DNA from: Minisyncoccota bacterium | Lineage (GTDB): Bacteria; Patescibacteriota; Minisyncoccia; Phycocordibacterales; UBA918 | DNA: 64,000 nucleotides | Reading direction: 5' to 3' | Assembly: GCA_022841645.1 (NCBI GenBank) | Contig: JALHRC010000004.1 | Span: 4,078-68,077, forward strand | In this document: piece by piece, positions 49,312-58,313 of the stretch | Position numbering within the stretch: the first letter of the stretch is position 1 | Layout of the letters: each line of letters begins with the position of its first letter | Translations under genes and position numbers: made by a program | The notes under the pieces: generated by a model | Told to the model about the DNA's origin: nothing | The model's database searches: none | Seen by the model: the letters and a program-made list of their open reading frames with translations, nothing else

Positions 49312-49442
49312 TGCTTCCCTACTGCCACCAGCAATACGTGCCGCCCCCAACGAAAACCGTTGGAGGGCGGTTTTCTGTTGGATTGAATAAGTGTGTGTTT
49401 GGTGCGCACTTCGTAGAAATGTTTTAGTATAAATTCACCCCA

Positions 49443-50455
49443 GAGTTAGGACACCACCACTTTAAATACTGTCCATCATACCACTTCGCTGCGCCACCTC
49501 CCGCGCACTGCGATAGCCCAGGATCTTCCTGGGCTTTTCGTTTATTAAGTGGACCGCCAGGTCCACCGCTGCCTGAGTCACCGTACTGAAGTCGGTCCCC
49601 TTGGGAAAGTAGCGTCTCAGCATCTTGTTGGCATTCTCCACCCCACCTTTCTGCCACGAGGCATAGGGATGACAGAAGAAGGCAGGTATACCAACGCGCG
49701 CATGGTCACGATTTTCAATACCGTTATCTCTCGTGATGGAACGAGCCTTGAGGGTGCTCGTGAGGGTCACTTCAACGGCCGCGTGCTCGGCTGGTTTCAT
49801 ACTTCTGACTTTCTTCGCTCCGATCAGTCGACTCTTGCGTTCTGAGACGACTTTAAGGCCACCCTTAGTACCCCACCGTCCCACGATAGTGTCACTTTCA
49901 AGGTGACCGTACCGTGTGCGGTGGTTAGCCCCCTTGGAGCGCTTAGATATATCAATGCGGTGTGGGATCACTGACCGTTTGGCTTTGGGGCGATGCTTCT
50001 TCACGCGTTTTCGACCAGAATAGAGGTGAGCGCAGTACCGCTCACCTCGTGCCGTACGCAGCCACTCATAGATGGCGGTCTTGGAGACGTAGCCGGGACA
50101 CCGTCTCGGGTGTTGCTCCATGTACCCAGCAATCTCGTCAGGGTTCCAGTGGCTTTGGAGCTTAGCAATGATAAAGGCTTTGAGTGCTGGGGTGGCTTCA
50201 ATCTTGGCGTACTGGAAACGCCGCAGTCGTTTGCGTACCCGTACCTTAGCGTCGGCTTTAAGTGGCTGGTACACACCAGCCACACTGTTCTTGGTGATTT
50301 CATAGGCGATGGTGCTTTTGCCCCGTCCAAGGGCCGTCGCAATAGCGCGACGGGAATAGCCCCGCGCGTGCAAGATCCCAATTTCTAAACGTTCCGCTCG
50401 ACTCAAATCCTTGATGCCTTTCATAGTACTGCTGATTATGCAGTGTCCTAACTCA
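49443..50455. mobile_element. IS30-family insertion sequence (~1.0 kb) with short 12-bp terminal inverted repeats GAGTTAGGACAC
   Basis: IR at 49443-49454 and its reverse complement at 50444-50455. Encloses a single transposase ORF. Confidence 0.55.
49462..50424 (-). CDS. IS30-family DDE transposase
   Basis: N-terminal HTH (LSRAERLEIGILHARGYSRRAIATALGRGKSTIAYEI). Catalytic region with HLESDT and further acidic residues. 320 aa. Confidence 0.8.
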   Translation of the reverse strand: MKGIKDLSRAERLEIGILHARGYSRRAIATALGRGKSTIAYEITKNSVAGVYQPLKADAKVRVRKRLRRFQYAKIEATPALKAFIIAKLQSHWNPDEIAGYMEQHPRRCPGYVSKTAIYEWLRTARGERYCAHLYSGRKRVKKHRPKAKRSVIPHRIDISKRSKGANHRTRYGHLESDTIVGRWGTKGGLKVVSERKSRLIGAKKVRSMKPAEHAAVEVTLTSTLKARSITRDNGIENRDHARVGIPAFFCHPYASWQKGGVENANKMLRRYFPKGTDFSTVTQAAVDLAVHLINEKPRKILGYRSAREVAQRSGMMDSI

Positions 50456-50488
50456 TTACGGAATTTTTCTAGGGTCTATCTTCAATCC

Positions 50489-50767
50489 CTACTCAAACAA
50501 ATCAGAGTGGCTTCCAATATCAACGAGGAGTAACACGAGCTCGTTTTGGAATATCTGATATACAAGCAGGATGTCACTTTTGATATGGCACTCACGGTAG
50601 TTTTTCATTGAGCCAATAAGTTGGTGGTCACGGAACTGCGGGGGCAGAGGCTGTCCTTTGGAAAGTAGGTCTACTACTTGTTCTAGGCGAGATTGATCAA
50701 AATCTTTGTGACGACATACGCGCTTGAGTGAGGACTTGTACTTTCGTGATAGAACAACGTCGTACAT
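50489..50767 (-). CDS. yafQ: Type II toxin, YafQ/RelE family
   Basis: DHQLIGSMKNYRECHIKSDILLVYQI is the YafQ signature. Confidence 0.75.
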   Translation of the reverse strand: MYDVVLSRKYKSSLKRVCRHKDFDQSRLEQVVDLLSKGQPLPPQFRDHQLIGSMKNYRECHIKSDILLVYQIFQNELVLLLVDIGSHSDLFE

Positions 50768-50770
50768 AGT

Positions 50771-51043
50771 TTATTCACTGAGAATATCGCGGTGCGCCTC
50801 TTGAATCGTCTTATAGCGTTTGCCATGCTTGAGTGCGTGTTTAGCGTCGCGAATGAGCGCCTGTTTCTTTTTTTCTGAAACGTTGTCGTAGGTAAAGAGC
50901 TCAAACGGGATTGACTGCGTGCGCACGACTTGGGTGAGAAAGAGTTTTACCCCCGTCGAAAGATCAAGCCCCATTCGCTCGAGGGTCTTTTTAGCATCTT
51001 TTTTTAGCTTTGCATCAATGCGTGTTTGCAGGGTGGTGTTCAT
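50771..51043 (-). CDS. dinJ: Type II antitoxin, DinJ/RelB family
   Basis: MNTTLQTRIDAKLKKDAKKTLERMGLDLSTGVKLFLTQVV. Positioned immediately upstream of the toxin. Confidence 0.75.
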   Translation of the reverse strand: MNTTLQTRIDAKLKKDAKKTLERMGLDLSTGVKLFLTQVVRTQSIPFELFTYDNVSEKKKQALIRDAKHALKHGKRYKTIQEAHRDILSE

Positions 51044-51087
51044 AGCACTAGTATAGACAACGTCATTACGTTGTCAATCCTAGTGCT
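51044..51087 (-). promoter_or_regulatory. Palindromic operator-like site upstream of dinJ
   Basis: AGCACTAG-TATAGACAACGTCATTACGTTGTCAATC-CTAGTGCT, with the nested palindrome GACAACGT/ACGTTGTC. Confidence 0.45.
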
Positions 51088-51092
51088 CGTTA

Positions 51093-51129
51093 AGAAAACA
51101 GCGAGGTGGCGTAACCACCTCGCTGTTTT
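51093..51129 (-). terminator. Intrinsic terminator downstream of the cold-shock gene
   Basis: GAAAACAGCGAGGTGG-CGTAA-CCACCTCGCTGTTTTC. Confidence 0.65.
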
Positions 51130-51145
51130 CTTTTAGGATTGGCAA

Positions 51146-51349
51146 TTAGCCAATGATGCGAACGTTCGCTGCAGCTGGACCCTTAGGACCCTGCTCTACA
51201 TCGAAGCTCACCTTAGCACCGTCTGGCAGGTCGTCAAAGGCGACACCGTCAGCGAGGGCCTGAGCGTGGAAGAAGACATCCTTACTTCCATCGTCTGGCT
51301 TGATAAATCCGTAGCCATTTGGCTGCTTGCGTACTACTGTACCGGTCAT
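51146..51349 (-). CDS. cspA: Cold-shock protein (CspA family)
   Basis: RNP motifs NGYGFI and VFFHAQAL. 67 aa. Confidence 0.85.
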   Translation of the reverse strand: MTGTVVRKQPNGYGFIKPDDGSKDVFFHAQALADGVAFDDLPDGAKVSFDVEQGPKGPAAANVRIIG

Positions 51350-51589
51350 GTTTGAAACTGACTTAATTTTTTTAACAACAAAACGTTCCTACACCTCTTC
51401 AATATTTACTTGCTTCAAGGGAGTTAGTTTCGCTACTTCTATTAAAGCATAGTTTGGGGAAAACACAATGCATCTCCACAGGGGTGGGGAAAGGGCTGGA
51501 GGGAGGCAAGTGGTGGCCGGTTTTTGAAAAAGAGAAGCACCGTCCCGTCAGGCGGCGGGACGGTGCTTCTTCTTCCATCAAAATGCTCC

Positions 51590-51976
51590 TTAAATAGGAA
51601 GATGCTGGGCCAAGCCTCCTACCAGCGGCAGTTCCTTCTCCTGCTTTTTCACTGCGTTTACGATACCGATGATGGCGAGTACCAAGATACCAAGATTAAT
51701 GAGATTAAGGAGTGGGTAGAACATACCGAGAAACATCCAGGCGTAGTTACCAATGGCCCATAGTCCTACCTGCATAATGAAGAGCACGAGACCCTGGCGG
51801 ATGTGGAATTTGACTACCGGATCATCCTTGGCGGCAAGGAGGGGGATGAGCACGAGAATACTAATATACGCAAGCACGCTCATCACAACGGTATTTGACG
51901 GCTGGTTTGGTGGGGTCGGTGCACTGTTAGTGGGCTGCGGCATGGGAATCGGGGCCTGCGGTGTCATATCGTTCAT
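51590..51976 (-). CDS. DUF4870-family membrane protein (start placed at the internal Met)
   Basis: Pro-rich N-terminus, then AYISILVLIPLLAAKDDPVVKFHIRQGLVLFI. ORF track starts at 52270; that start would overlap the divergent gene. Confidence 0.5.
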   Translation of the reverse strand: MNDMTPQAPIPMPQPTNSAPTPPNQPSNTVVMSVLAYISILVLIPLLAAKDDPVVKFHIRQGLVLFIMQVGLWAIGNYAWMFLGMFYPLLNLINLGILVLAIIGIVNAVKKQEKELPLVGGLAQHLPI

Positions 51977-52128
51977 GGTGAAAATAATTGAGTGGTTAAA
52001 CCAAAGAGTAATCACCAATAATTGTATGCCGTTTCTCTGGAGGAACAACTGTGAGCGGCGGATAAGTGTTGACGTAGCTAGGCGGGCGCGGTAGGGTGAG
52101 GGTCGCAATTTGTTCGGGAGGAGAAAGT

Positions 52129-52608
52129 ATGTCGTCTGATAACGGCTTTCTGCAGGTAGACATCTCGGCGATTCCGAGCGTGCCAGAGACAAGCTTGGCG
52201 AAAATGTTCGGAGTACAAGTCGAACAGCAGACCAACGACGCCATCTGTGTCCGCGTGACGCTGACGGCACCAGCCCTCAATTACCTCTGCCAGTTTTCCA
52301 GCGATGCGAATGCTGGATTTCATGCGGAGACGGGGTTGGTGCAAGGGAGTCTGTGGATGTTGCTGATTCAGCTGGTGGTGTCCGAATGGATTCCACGGCA
52401 TGGCCCGCATACGTTCAAGGGGGAGTTCCCCGCGGCATCTGTTATCCCCTCTGGCGAACAGCGGGGATTTAGAATCACCATCACAAAGACCGGGAAGCGT
52501 TCCCTGTGTTGCGTGGTGGGAGGGCCGTTTGGGGGCGAAAGTCCACCCGAAGTCTTTCGCTTCGACTGCCAGATTTTTCCGATGGTGGCAGCGTTGCGTG
52601 GACGGTAG
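52129..52608 (+). CDS. Hypothetical protein (start at the Met preceded by a GGAGGAGA RBS)
   Basis: Followed by an intrinsic terminator at 52624-52660, which supports + strand expression over the antisense ORF. Confidence 0.45.
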   Translation: MSSDNGFLQVDISAIPSVPETSLAKMFGVQVEQQTNDAICVRVTLTAPALNYLCQFSSDANAGFHAETGLVQGSLWMLLIQLVVSEWIPRHGPHTFKGEFPAASVIPSGEQRGFRITITKTGKRSLCCVVGGPFGGESPPEVFRFDCQIFPMVAALRGR

Positions 52609-52623
52609 TACTGCGATGTGCTT

Positions 52624-52660
52624 TGCTCGGCGGCCACTTTGGCCCGCCGAGCAGTTTTTG
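52624..52660 (+). terminator. Intrinsic terminator (TGCTCGGCGGCC-ACTTT-GGCCCGCCGAGCA + GTTTTTGTTT)
   Basis: Stem and T-run read on the + strand. Confidence 0.6.
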
Positions 52661-52722
52661 TTTACTAGTCCGTCCATAAACATACTTCTGGCTTTGCCGC
52701 GTGTGATCCGGGCGGATGTTTT

Positions 52723-53634
52723 TTACTGCGCTTCCGAATAAAGTGAAAAGAGCGCCGTCACTGCTGGCCAATTGCGTTCCCATTCAGTACTTTGCCAGCC
52801 CTCGAGCTCGACCGTCACAGCGGGAATACCGATAGATGCAAGCCAGCCTTCAGCATCACCAGTAACAGGATAGGCGTCAAAGCTTTCTACCGCACCATAC
52901 TTCCCTGCTGCAGCGTAGGTGCGCATCAGGGAAAGGGTCTCAGGCAATACGCCATTCTCGCACTCAGAAGCATACACATTATTCGCTTGGCTATGCCAGA
53001 AGACCACTCCTTGTGGACGGGTCGCGAGCACGTAGTCGCGCAACGAGGCCGCCTCAGGTTCGGAGAACGGTGCACTGCCAGCACTCACCGCTGCACCACG
53101 CCAGGTGGAGGTTGATTGCCACTTACAGTCGAAGTTGCGGTTGAGGTCAACCTCGCGCGCGTTGAAGCGGCCCTCCGCCACACGCTCGCTTTGTATGGTG
53201 ACATCGTCGATGGTAAAGCGACCAGAGGAGGCGACTACCGTAGAGAGGCCGTCGGGGTTAAGTACAGGAATGATGTGGATGGTAAGGTCGGGTGGAACGA
53301 GTGTGGGGTCGGCAGCCAGTATGTCCATCACTTGGTAGGCGAGTAATGAACTGTTCCACTCATAGCCGCCATGAATACCACCGACAAACAGAAGTGAGGT
53401 AGAACCGTTCCCAAACGTGTGTGCTTCAATCGCTCGTCCTTCGACTGAGGAACCGATGACGCGCATGGTTTGCCACGGTAACGCTGGCGGTGCTTCGGGT
53501 AGGGTGGGTACAGAGGGAGTCTCTACAACCGGCGCCGGCCGTAGCAGGAGGAAGAGGCCCGCGGCGACGGCGAGACAGGCGATAAAGAAAAGTACCGAGA
53601 AAGCCTTAAGAGAAGACTGAGGGCGAGGCGGCAT
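52723..53634 (-). CDS. Membrane-anchored M14-family zinc carboxypeptidase-like protein, paralog 1
   Basis: N-terminal TM. GGIHGGYEWNS (compare the M14 HxxE zinc motif) and VFWHSQ (compare M14 HSYSQ). Confidence 0.5.
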   Translation of the reverse strand: MPPRPQSSLKAFSVLFFIACLAVAAGLFLLLRPAPVVETPSVPTLPEAPPALPWQTMRVIGSSVEGRAIEAHTFGNGSTSLLFVGGIHGGYEWNSSLLAYQVMDILAADPTLVPPDLTIHIIPVLNPDGLSTVVASSGRFTIDDVTIQSERVAEGRFNAREVDLNRNFDCKWQSTSTWRGAAVSAGSAPFSEPEAASLRDYVLATRPQGVVFWHSQANNVYASECENGVLPETLSLMRTYAAAGKYGAVESFDAYPVTGDAEGWLASIGIPAVTVELEGWQSTEWERNWPAVTALFSLYSEAQ

Positions 53635-53647
53635 GGGGGTCGGCTAG

Positions 53648-54586
53648 CTACTGCGCTGCCACTGCCTTCATAGCAGCTTCAAGGCCGCGGCGATTCTTTT
53701 CCCACTCAGTTGACTGGTGGTCGGTAAGGAGGATGCTGATGGCGGGGATGTCCTGCTTAGCAAACCAGTTCATCATGTCGCCAGTAATTTCATAGTAATT
53801 AAACTCATCATGGGCGGTGTATCCCGAGGCGGTCGCGAAGGTCTGCATCAGGGCCCTCGTCTCGGCAGAAACGCCATCGCCACAGTTGGAAGCGTAGACG
53901 CCGCCGGCGGCACTGTACCAGCCAATGACAGCTGTTGGTGGGTAATCGGCTACATAGTCACGGAGCGCGGCTGCCTCAGGCTCTGAGAAAGGTGCACTAC
54001 CGCCACTTACATTGCGACTCCGCCAGGTGCCCTGTGCTTCCCACTCACAATCGAAGTTGCGGTTGAGGTCGACGGTGTTGGCGTTAAAGCGGCCGGCGAT
54101 ACGAGCGGCTTCGCTCGTGGGGACTGCCGCCGTGGTAAAGCGGCCAGTGGTCTTTACTGTTTCCATAAGTCCGTCAGCGTTAAAGGCTGGGATAACGGTT
54201 ACCATCACTCCTTCCGGTATAACGTCTGGGTTGTCACCTAGGTAGTCGACAATGTCGTGACCAAGGAGCGCGGTGTTCCATGAGTAGCCGCCGTGGATGC
54301 CGCCTACGAGTAGAATTTCTTTGGTACCCGTACCGAAGTGGTAGGCGGTGATCGCTTCCCCACCGGCCGAAGTGCCGATGACCGTACTCTCACCACGGAC
54401 GGCGGGAGTGACGTCAGTCGTCGTGGTAGCTACTGGCTCGGGAGTAACCACTGGTGTCGAAGGTGTGTCAGAAGGGTCTGGTGTATCGGTAGTGAGTTCG
54501 GTCGAACGACTCATAAATAGATAAAGACCACCAATAACTACGATAATCAAAGCTCCGATAAGCAACAGCGGGGTTTTTGTTTGCAT
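53648..54586 (-). CDS. Membrane-anchored M14-family zinc carboxypeptidase-like protein, paralog 2
   Basis: Same motifs (GGIHGGYSWNT; GWYSAAG) and same architecture as the adjacent paralog. Confidence 0.5.
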   Translation of the reverse strand: MQTKTPLLLIGALIIVVIGGLYLFMSRSTELTTDTPDPSDTPSTPVVTPEPVATTTTDVTPAVRGESTVIGTSAGGEAITAYHFGTGTKEILLVGGIHGGYSWNTALLGHDIVDYLGDNPDVIPEGVMVTVIPAFNADGLMETVKTTGRFTTAAVPTSEAARIAGRFNANTVDLNRNFDCEWEAQGTWRSRNVSGGSAPFSEPEAAALRDYVADYPPTAVIGWYSAAGGVYASNCGDGVSAETRALMQTFATASGYTAHDEFNYYEITGDMMNWFAKQDIPAISILLTDHQSTEWEKNRRGLEAAMKAVAAQ

Positions 54587-54637
54587 ATACTAATTATACG
54601 CCACTTGGGATGGCTTAGCGAGGAGTGCGAGTATCGT

Positions 54638-54862
54638 CTACAGTTTCTCGATTTCTTTGAGGTCGTGGTCGGGCAAGTACAGAATGAGGAAGCCCACCAC
54701 GATGCCAGCCAGTGCCGTATAGAGATGGCTACCACCGAACAATAGTATGTCGAGCTCATCAAGGACATACCAAATACCCCGCCAAATAAGCACTATGCCG
54801 ACGATAATCCCGAGGTTTTTAGCAAAATAGCGCAGAATGTGATGACGGTGGGTGGTTTTCAT
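54638..54862 (-). CDS. Small two-TM membrane protein
   Basis: 74-aa hydrophobic ORF. Confidence 0.4.
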   Translation of the reverse strand: MKTTHRHHILRYFAKNLGIIVGIVLIWRGIWYVLDELDILLFGGSHLYTALAGIVVGFLILYLPDHDLKEIEKL

Positions 54863-55034
54863 AAATTGAACGTAGAAGAGGTGTTTTGTGCGGTCATCGT
54901 CCCACGATGACCGCAGGACTGGCCTAGCGGCCCTGGAGCGCGGTCGGCAAGCGATGTGGCAGCGCGAGAAATGGCTCGAGCGACAACGGTAATTCTAGCA
55001 CGTGGCATTTGCCCACGGTATACTAGCTCTGCGT

Positions 55035-55826
55035 ATGAAAATCTACTCATGGAACGTCAACGGCCTGCGGGCGGTGCAGAAAAAGGGTGCTCTGCAAGAC
55101 TTTATCGAGCGGCACCAGCCTGATATCATCTGTTTCCAAGAAACCAAGGCCCAACGGGAGCAAGTAGAGGTAGATTTGCCTGAGTATGAAGAATATTGGT
55201 ACTCGGCTGAGCGTAAAGGCTATTCGGGCACGGCCATTTTTACCAAAGAAAGCCCAGTGGATGTTGTCTACGGTCTCCCTGAGGATATTGTGGAACAGTA
55301 CGAACTTACCGACAGCTACGGTGACACCACCCGCGAAGGGCGGGTAACCACCGTTGAGTTCGAAGGGTTTTTTGTGAGCACGGTGTATACCCCGAACGCC
55401 AAAGACGATCTCTCACGCATTCCGATGCGCCAGCACTGGGACCCGGCGTACGTGGCGTACATGAAACGTCTTGAGGAGCAAAAACCGGTTATTTTTTGTG
55501 GTGATTTCAACGTGGCACACACGGAACTCGATTTAGCCCGACCCAAGGAGAATGTCGGGAAGAAAGGCTTTACGGCCGAAGAACGGGCTGGATTTGATGC
55601 GTTCATCAAAGCGGGCTTTGTAGACACGTTTCGACTGTTTGAGAAACGCGATGGTTTCTATACTTGGTGGTCTCACTTTGGCGGCGCGCGTGAGCGCAAT
55701 GTCGGCTGGCGTATCGACTACATTATGGCCTCCCCTACCCTCATGCCACTTATCAGGTCGGCCCGCATTCACCCTGAAGTGATGGGCTCCGACCACTGCC
55801 CGGTTTCAATTGAGATTTCCTTGTAG
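55035..55826 (+). CDS. xth: Exodeoxyribonuclease III (AP endonuclease)
   Basis: MKIYSWNVNGLRA start, QETK, and a C-terminal SDHCPV. Confidence 0.88.
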   Translation: MKIYSWNVNGLRAVQKKGALQDFIERHQPDIICFQETKAQREQVEVDLPEYEEYWYSAERKGYSGTAIFTKESPVDVVYGLPEDIVEQYELTDSYGDTTREGRVTTVEFEGFFVSTVYTPNAKDDLSRIPMRQHWDPAYVAYMKRLEEQKPVIFCGDFNVAHTELDLARPKENVGKKGFTAEERAGFDAFIKAGFVDTFRLFEKRDGFYTWWSHFGGARERNVGWRIDYIMASPTLMPLIRSARIHPEVMGSDHCPVSIEISL

Positions 55827-55886
55827 AAAGGGCTCTCTGCAAGCAGCGAGTGGACAGGTGTTACCTAAAAACGTAGGAAATAGAAA

Positions 55887-55908
55887 GTTGTCCTTTATAA
55901 AGGACAAC
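55887..55908. repeat. Perfect 22-bp palindrome GTTGTCCTTTATAAAGGACAAC
   Basis: Located 60 nt after the xth stop. Confidence 0.6.
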
Positions 55909-56273
55909 TATCCCCAGCTATCCACACACTTGTCCTTTACACACTACTATAAAAGACATACTATCTATGCAGGCCCAGAAAGGGCGCGCAGTCATTCCAT
56001 AGTTCTCGGCTGAAGCAACTTGAGCCAAGAACCGTGGAATGAACCGTAAAGAGTTCGTTCCACAATCCAACTAGTTTATTACCTCCAACTAGTACGTTCA
56101 CACACCACCCACAAAAGTAGCGAAGCAATGGAAGTATCCATACAAGGCCTGATAAAAAAGCCCTTGCATGAGAAATCTACTTCCAACAACGTGGAGAGCA
56201 TATAGGTCGGTTAGCTCACGTAGCGCCACCTCGGGTCAAAAGACCCTAACAAAAAAGCTCTCACCCACCCTAA

Positions 56274-56332
56274 GAGCCTGGGGAATCGGCAGACAAGCAC
56301 CACTTGCCTCTCGATTCCCCAGGCTCTTTTTT
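56274..56332 (+). terminator. Strong intrinsic terminator: 15-bp perfect stem (GAGCCTGGGGAATCG / CGATTCCCCAGGCTC) + TTTTTT
   Basis: Ends a ~500-nt ORF-free + strand interval downstream of xth. Confidence 0.7.
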
Positions 56333-56634
56333 AAACATAAATAACGAGCCACAAAGTGGCGACTATATTTTGTTTATGCAGGCGCCTCGCTACTTTTGCG
56401 CCTCAAAGTGCTTAAAGTAGCGGCGGCGAGCTGCAAAGGAAGATCATTTGCAACATGTGCCCTATTTTGACCTACCGATGGGATAAGCAGAAACAAAGAG
56501 GGACGGAGTAACGACTATGTTTTGCTTAGACAAACACTTCACCAGGTTTGACCTATAGAGGGAGAACATGGTGGTAGTGTTTGAGAAAATAGTGGCAGCG
56601 CTCCGCCAAGGCACACAAAAGTGTTCAAAAGCTA

Positions 56635-58107
56635 CTACCCTACCTTATGCTCCCGCGCGATTTCTTTCAGCGCCGCGGCCTCTTCCTCGGCCTGTTTCTC
56701 TTTGCCGGCTTCACCAAGCGCCAAAAGTTCCGTCTCGGACATGGCAAATAACTCTATTACACGGCCTTCTAGATAGGCTTCGGTGTTTTTCCCCGGGTCT
56801 ACCAACACCTCTTCGAGCAGTGCATGCAGTGCATATCCTAACTTTCTCCCCGGCTTTTCCCCAGTAATGGCCATGATGCGATCGCCATTGATCTTCAGCA
56901 TTTTAACAGAAATAGGGTCGCGTAACGCCTCGTCCACCATCGCCTTATATTTACGGAAGCGAAATGGCTGTTCTTTGGGCCGTCCTGTACCAATACGATC
57001 GCAGACCCGCAAATTAAGGAGGCTTTCGATCTGGTCCTCCCCTACCCGCACGATAGTCCGGCGGACAGCCGCCAGGGTGATGAGATCGGGATCAGAGAAA
57101 AACATGTGCCAGCGCACCAAGTTAACCACCGTGTCGATGAGTTCTCGGGGCAATTTAAGCCGTTCCAGGATGGTTTTGGTCATGCGCGCCCCTACTACTT
57201 CGTGTCCAAAGAAGGTGTAATGCTTGTTTTTTCCGCCCGTGCGACGGGTGGCCGGCTTTCCAATATCATGAAACAGGGCCGCCAGACGCAGTTCGGTACT
57301 GAAGTCTTTATCGGCAGCGGCTTGGAGGGTGCGCAAGAGATGCTCAAAGACATCAAAGGCGTGAATACCTCCCTGTTCGCAACCAACGGCCGCCACAAAT
57401 TCTGGAATGATCTCCTCGAGGAGACCGAGCTTGTGAAGGAGAGCGATGCCGTGCATCGGGGCACTTGAATCGATAAGGCGAATGAATTCGGCTGCTACAC
57501 GCTCGATCGCGATACGAGAAATAAGCTTGCTGTTTCTAGTGATTCCAGCCATGGTGGCGCTCTCGATGACAAAGTCGAGTTCGGCAGCCAGGCGCACGGC
57601 CCGCATCATGCGCAGCGCATCTTCCCCAAAGCGTTCGTCGGGGTCCCGGACGGCCCGCAGGCGCTTTTCGTGTAGGTCGGCCATTCCTTCGTAGAGGTCG
57701 ACCATAGAACCGTCCTTAGGCCGAAAAGCGATAGCATTAATCGTAAAGTCACGACGGGCGAGGTCTTCCTCGAGACTTACGCCAAATTGGACGGCATCGG
57801 GCCGTCTAGCGTCACTGTAGCCGCTTTCAGTGCGGTACGGAGTGACTTCTACGACCGCAAGGCGCAGATCGTCTTCCTCGCCGGTCTTTACGCCTACCGT
57901 GCCGTAGTCGTTATTACAAAAACTGTCTGGAAATAAGGCTTGAATCTGGTCGGGGTGGGCACTCGTCGTATAGTCCCAGTCCTTAGGGGTTTTGCCCAAA
58001 AGAAGGTCGCGCACGCAGCCACCCACGAGGTAGGCGGTAAAACCGGCATTCTCTAGCGTCTCCCCCACGACGCGGACCGGGAGTGGGATTTTGGTTAGTG
58101 GGATCAT
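56635..58107 (-). CDS. cca: CCA-adding enzyme / poly(A) polymerase family protein with an HD domain
   Basis: N-terminal nucleotidyltransferase GGCVRD...DxD. HD motif FHDIGK. 490 aa. Confidence 0.8.
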   Translation of the reverse strand: MIPLTKIPLPVRVVGETLENAGFTAYLVGGCVRDLLLGKTPKDWDYTTSAHPDQIQALFPDSFCNNDYGTVGVKTGEEDDLRLAVVEVTPYRTESGYSDARRPDAVQFGVSLEEDLARRDFTINAIAFRPKDGSMVDLYEGMADLHEKRLRAVRDPDERFGEDALRMMRAVRLAAELDFVIESATMAGITRNSKLISRIAIERVAAEFIRLIDSSAPMHGIALLHKLGLLEEIIPEFVAAVGCEQGGIHAFDVFEHLLRTLQAAADKDFSTELRLAALFHDIGKPATRRTGGKNKHYTFFGHEVVGARMTKTILERLKLPRELIDTVVNLVRWHMFFSDPDLITLAAVRRTIVRVGEDQIESLLNLRVCDRIGTGRPKEQPFRFRKYKAMVDEALRDPISVKMLKINGDRIMAITGEKPGRKLGYALHALLEEVLVDPGKNTEAYLEGRVIELFAMSETELLALGEAGKEKQAEEEAAALKEIAREHKVG

Positions 58108-58174
58108 ATCGGGGCTATTGTAGCAGAATTGCTTTGCTTTTTGCGCGCCGCCACCGTATCATGCACAGGCAATT

Positions 58175-58246
58175 GCACCCGTGGTGAAGTGGATATCATT
58201 ACTGTCTTCGGAACAGTCGTCCCAGGTTCGAGTCCTGGCGGGTGCA
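58175..58246 (+). tRNA. tRNA-Arg (anticodon TCG), no encoded CCA
   Basis: Hand-folded cloverleaf: acceptor GCACCCG/CGGGTGC, anticodon loop CTTCGGA, T-loop TTCGAGT. 72 nt. Confidence 0.75.
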
Positions 58247-58254
58247 CAAACAGC

Positions 58255-58282
58255 CGATGCCGACACGAAAGTGTCGGCATCG
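58255..58282 (+). terminator. Hairpin (12-bp stem, GAAA loop) followed by a T-rich run after tRNA-Arg(TCG)
   Basis: CGATGCCGACAC-GAAA-GTGTCGGCATCG + TTGCTGTTT. Confidence 0.6.
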
Positions 58283-58292
58283 TTGCTGTTTG

Positions 58293-58313
58293 GCACCCGC
58301 CAGGACTCGAACC
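58293..58313 (-). repeat. Perfect inverted copy of the 3'-terminal 21 nt of tRNA-Arg(TCG)
   Basis: GCACCCGCCAGGACTCGAACC is the reverse complement of tRNA positions 58225-58245. Upstream tRNA-like structure is absent. Confidence 0.7.

Noticed and set aside
49443-50455. Target-site duplication flanking the IS30 element
   Set aside because: The flanks (CCA / ATT) do not match. Only the 12-bp IRs are supported, so the insertion may be old or the IR boundaries imprecise.
52078-52683. Minus-strand 201-aa ORF overlapping the 52129-52608 + gene
   Set aside because: The + strand ORF has a strong GGAGG RBS and a downstream intrinsic terminator with T-run. The minus ORF has neither, and no motif.
55827-56634. 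CRISPR array or tandem repeats in the large ORF-free region
   Set aside because: No regularly spaced direct repeats are present, only isolated palindromes and hairpins.
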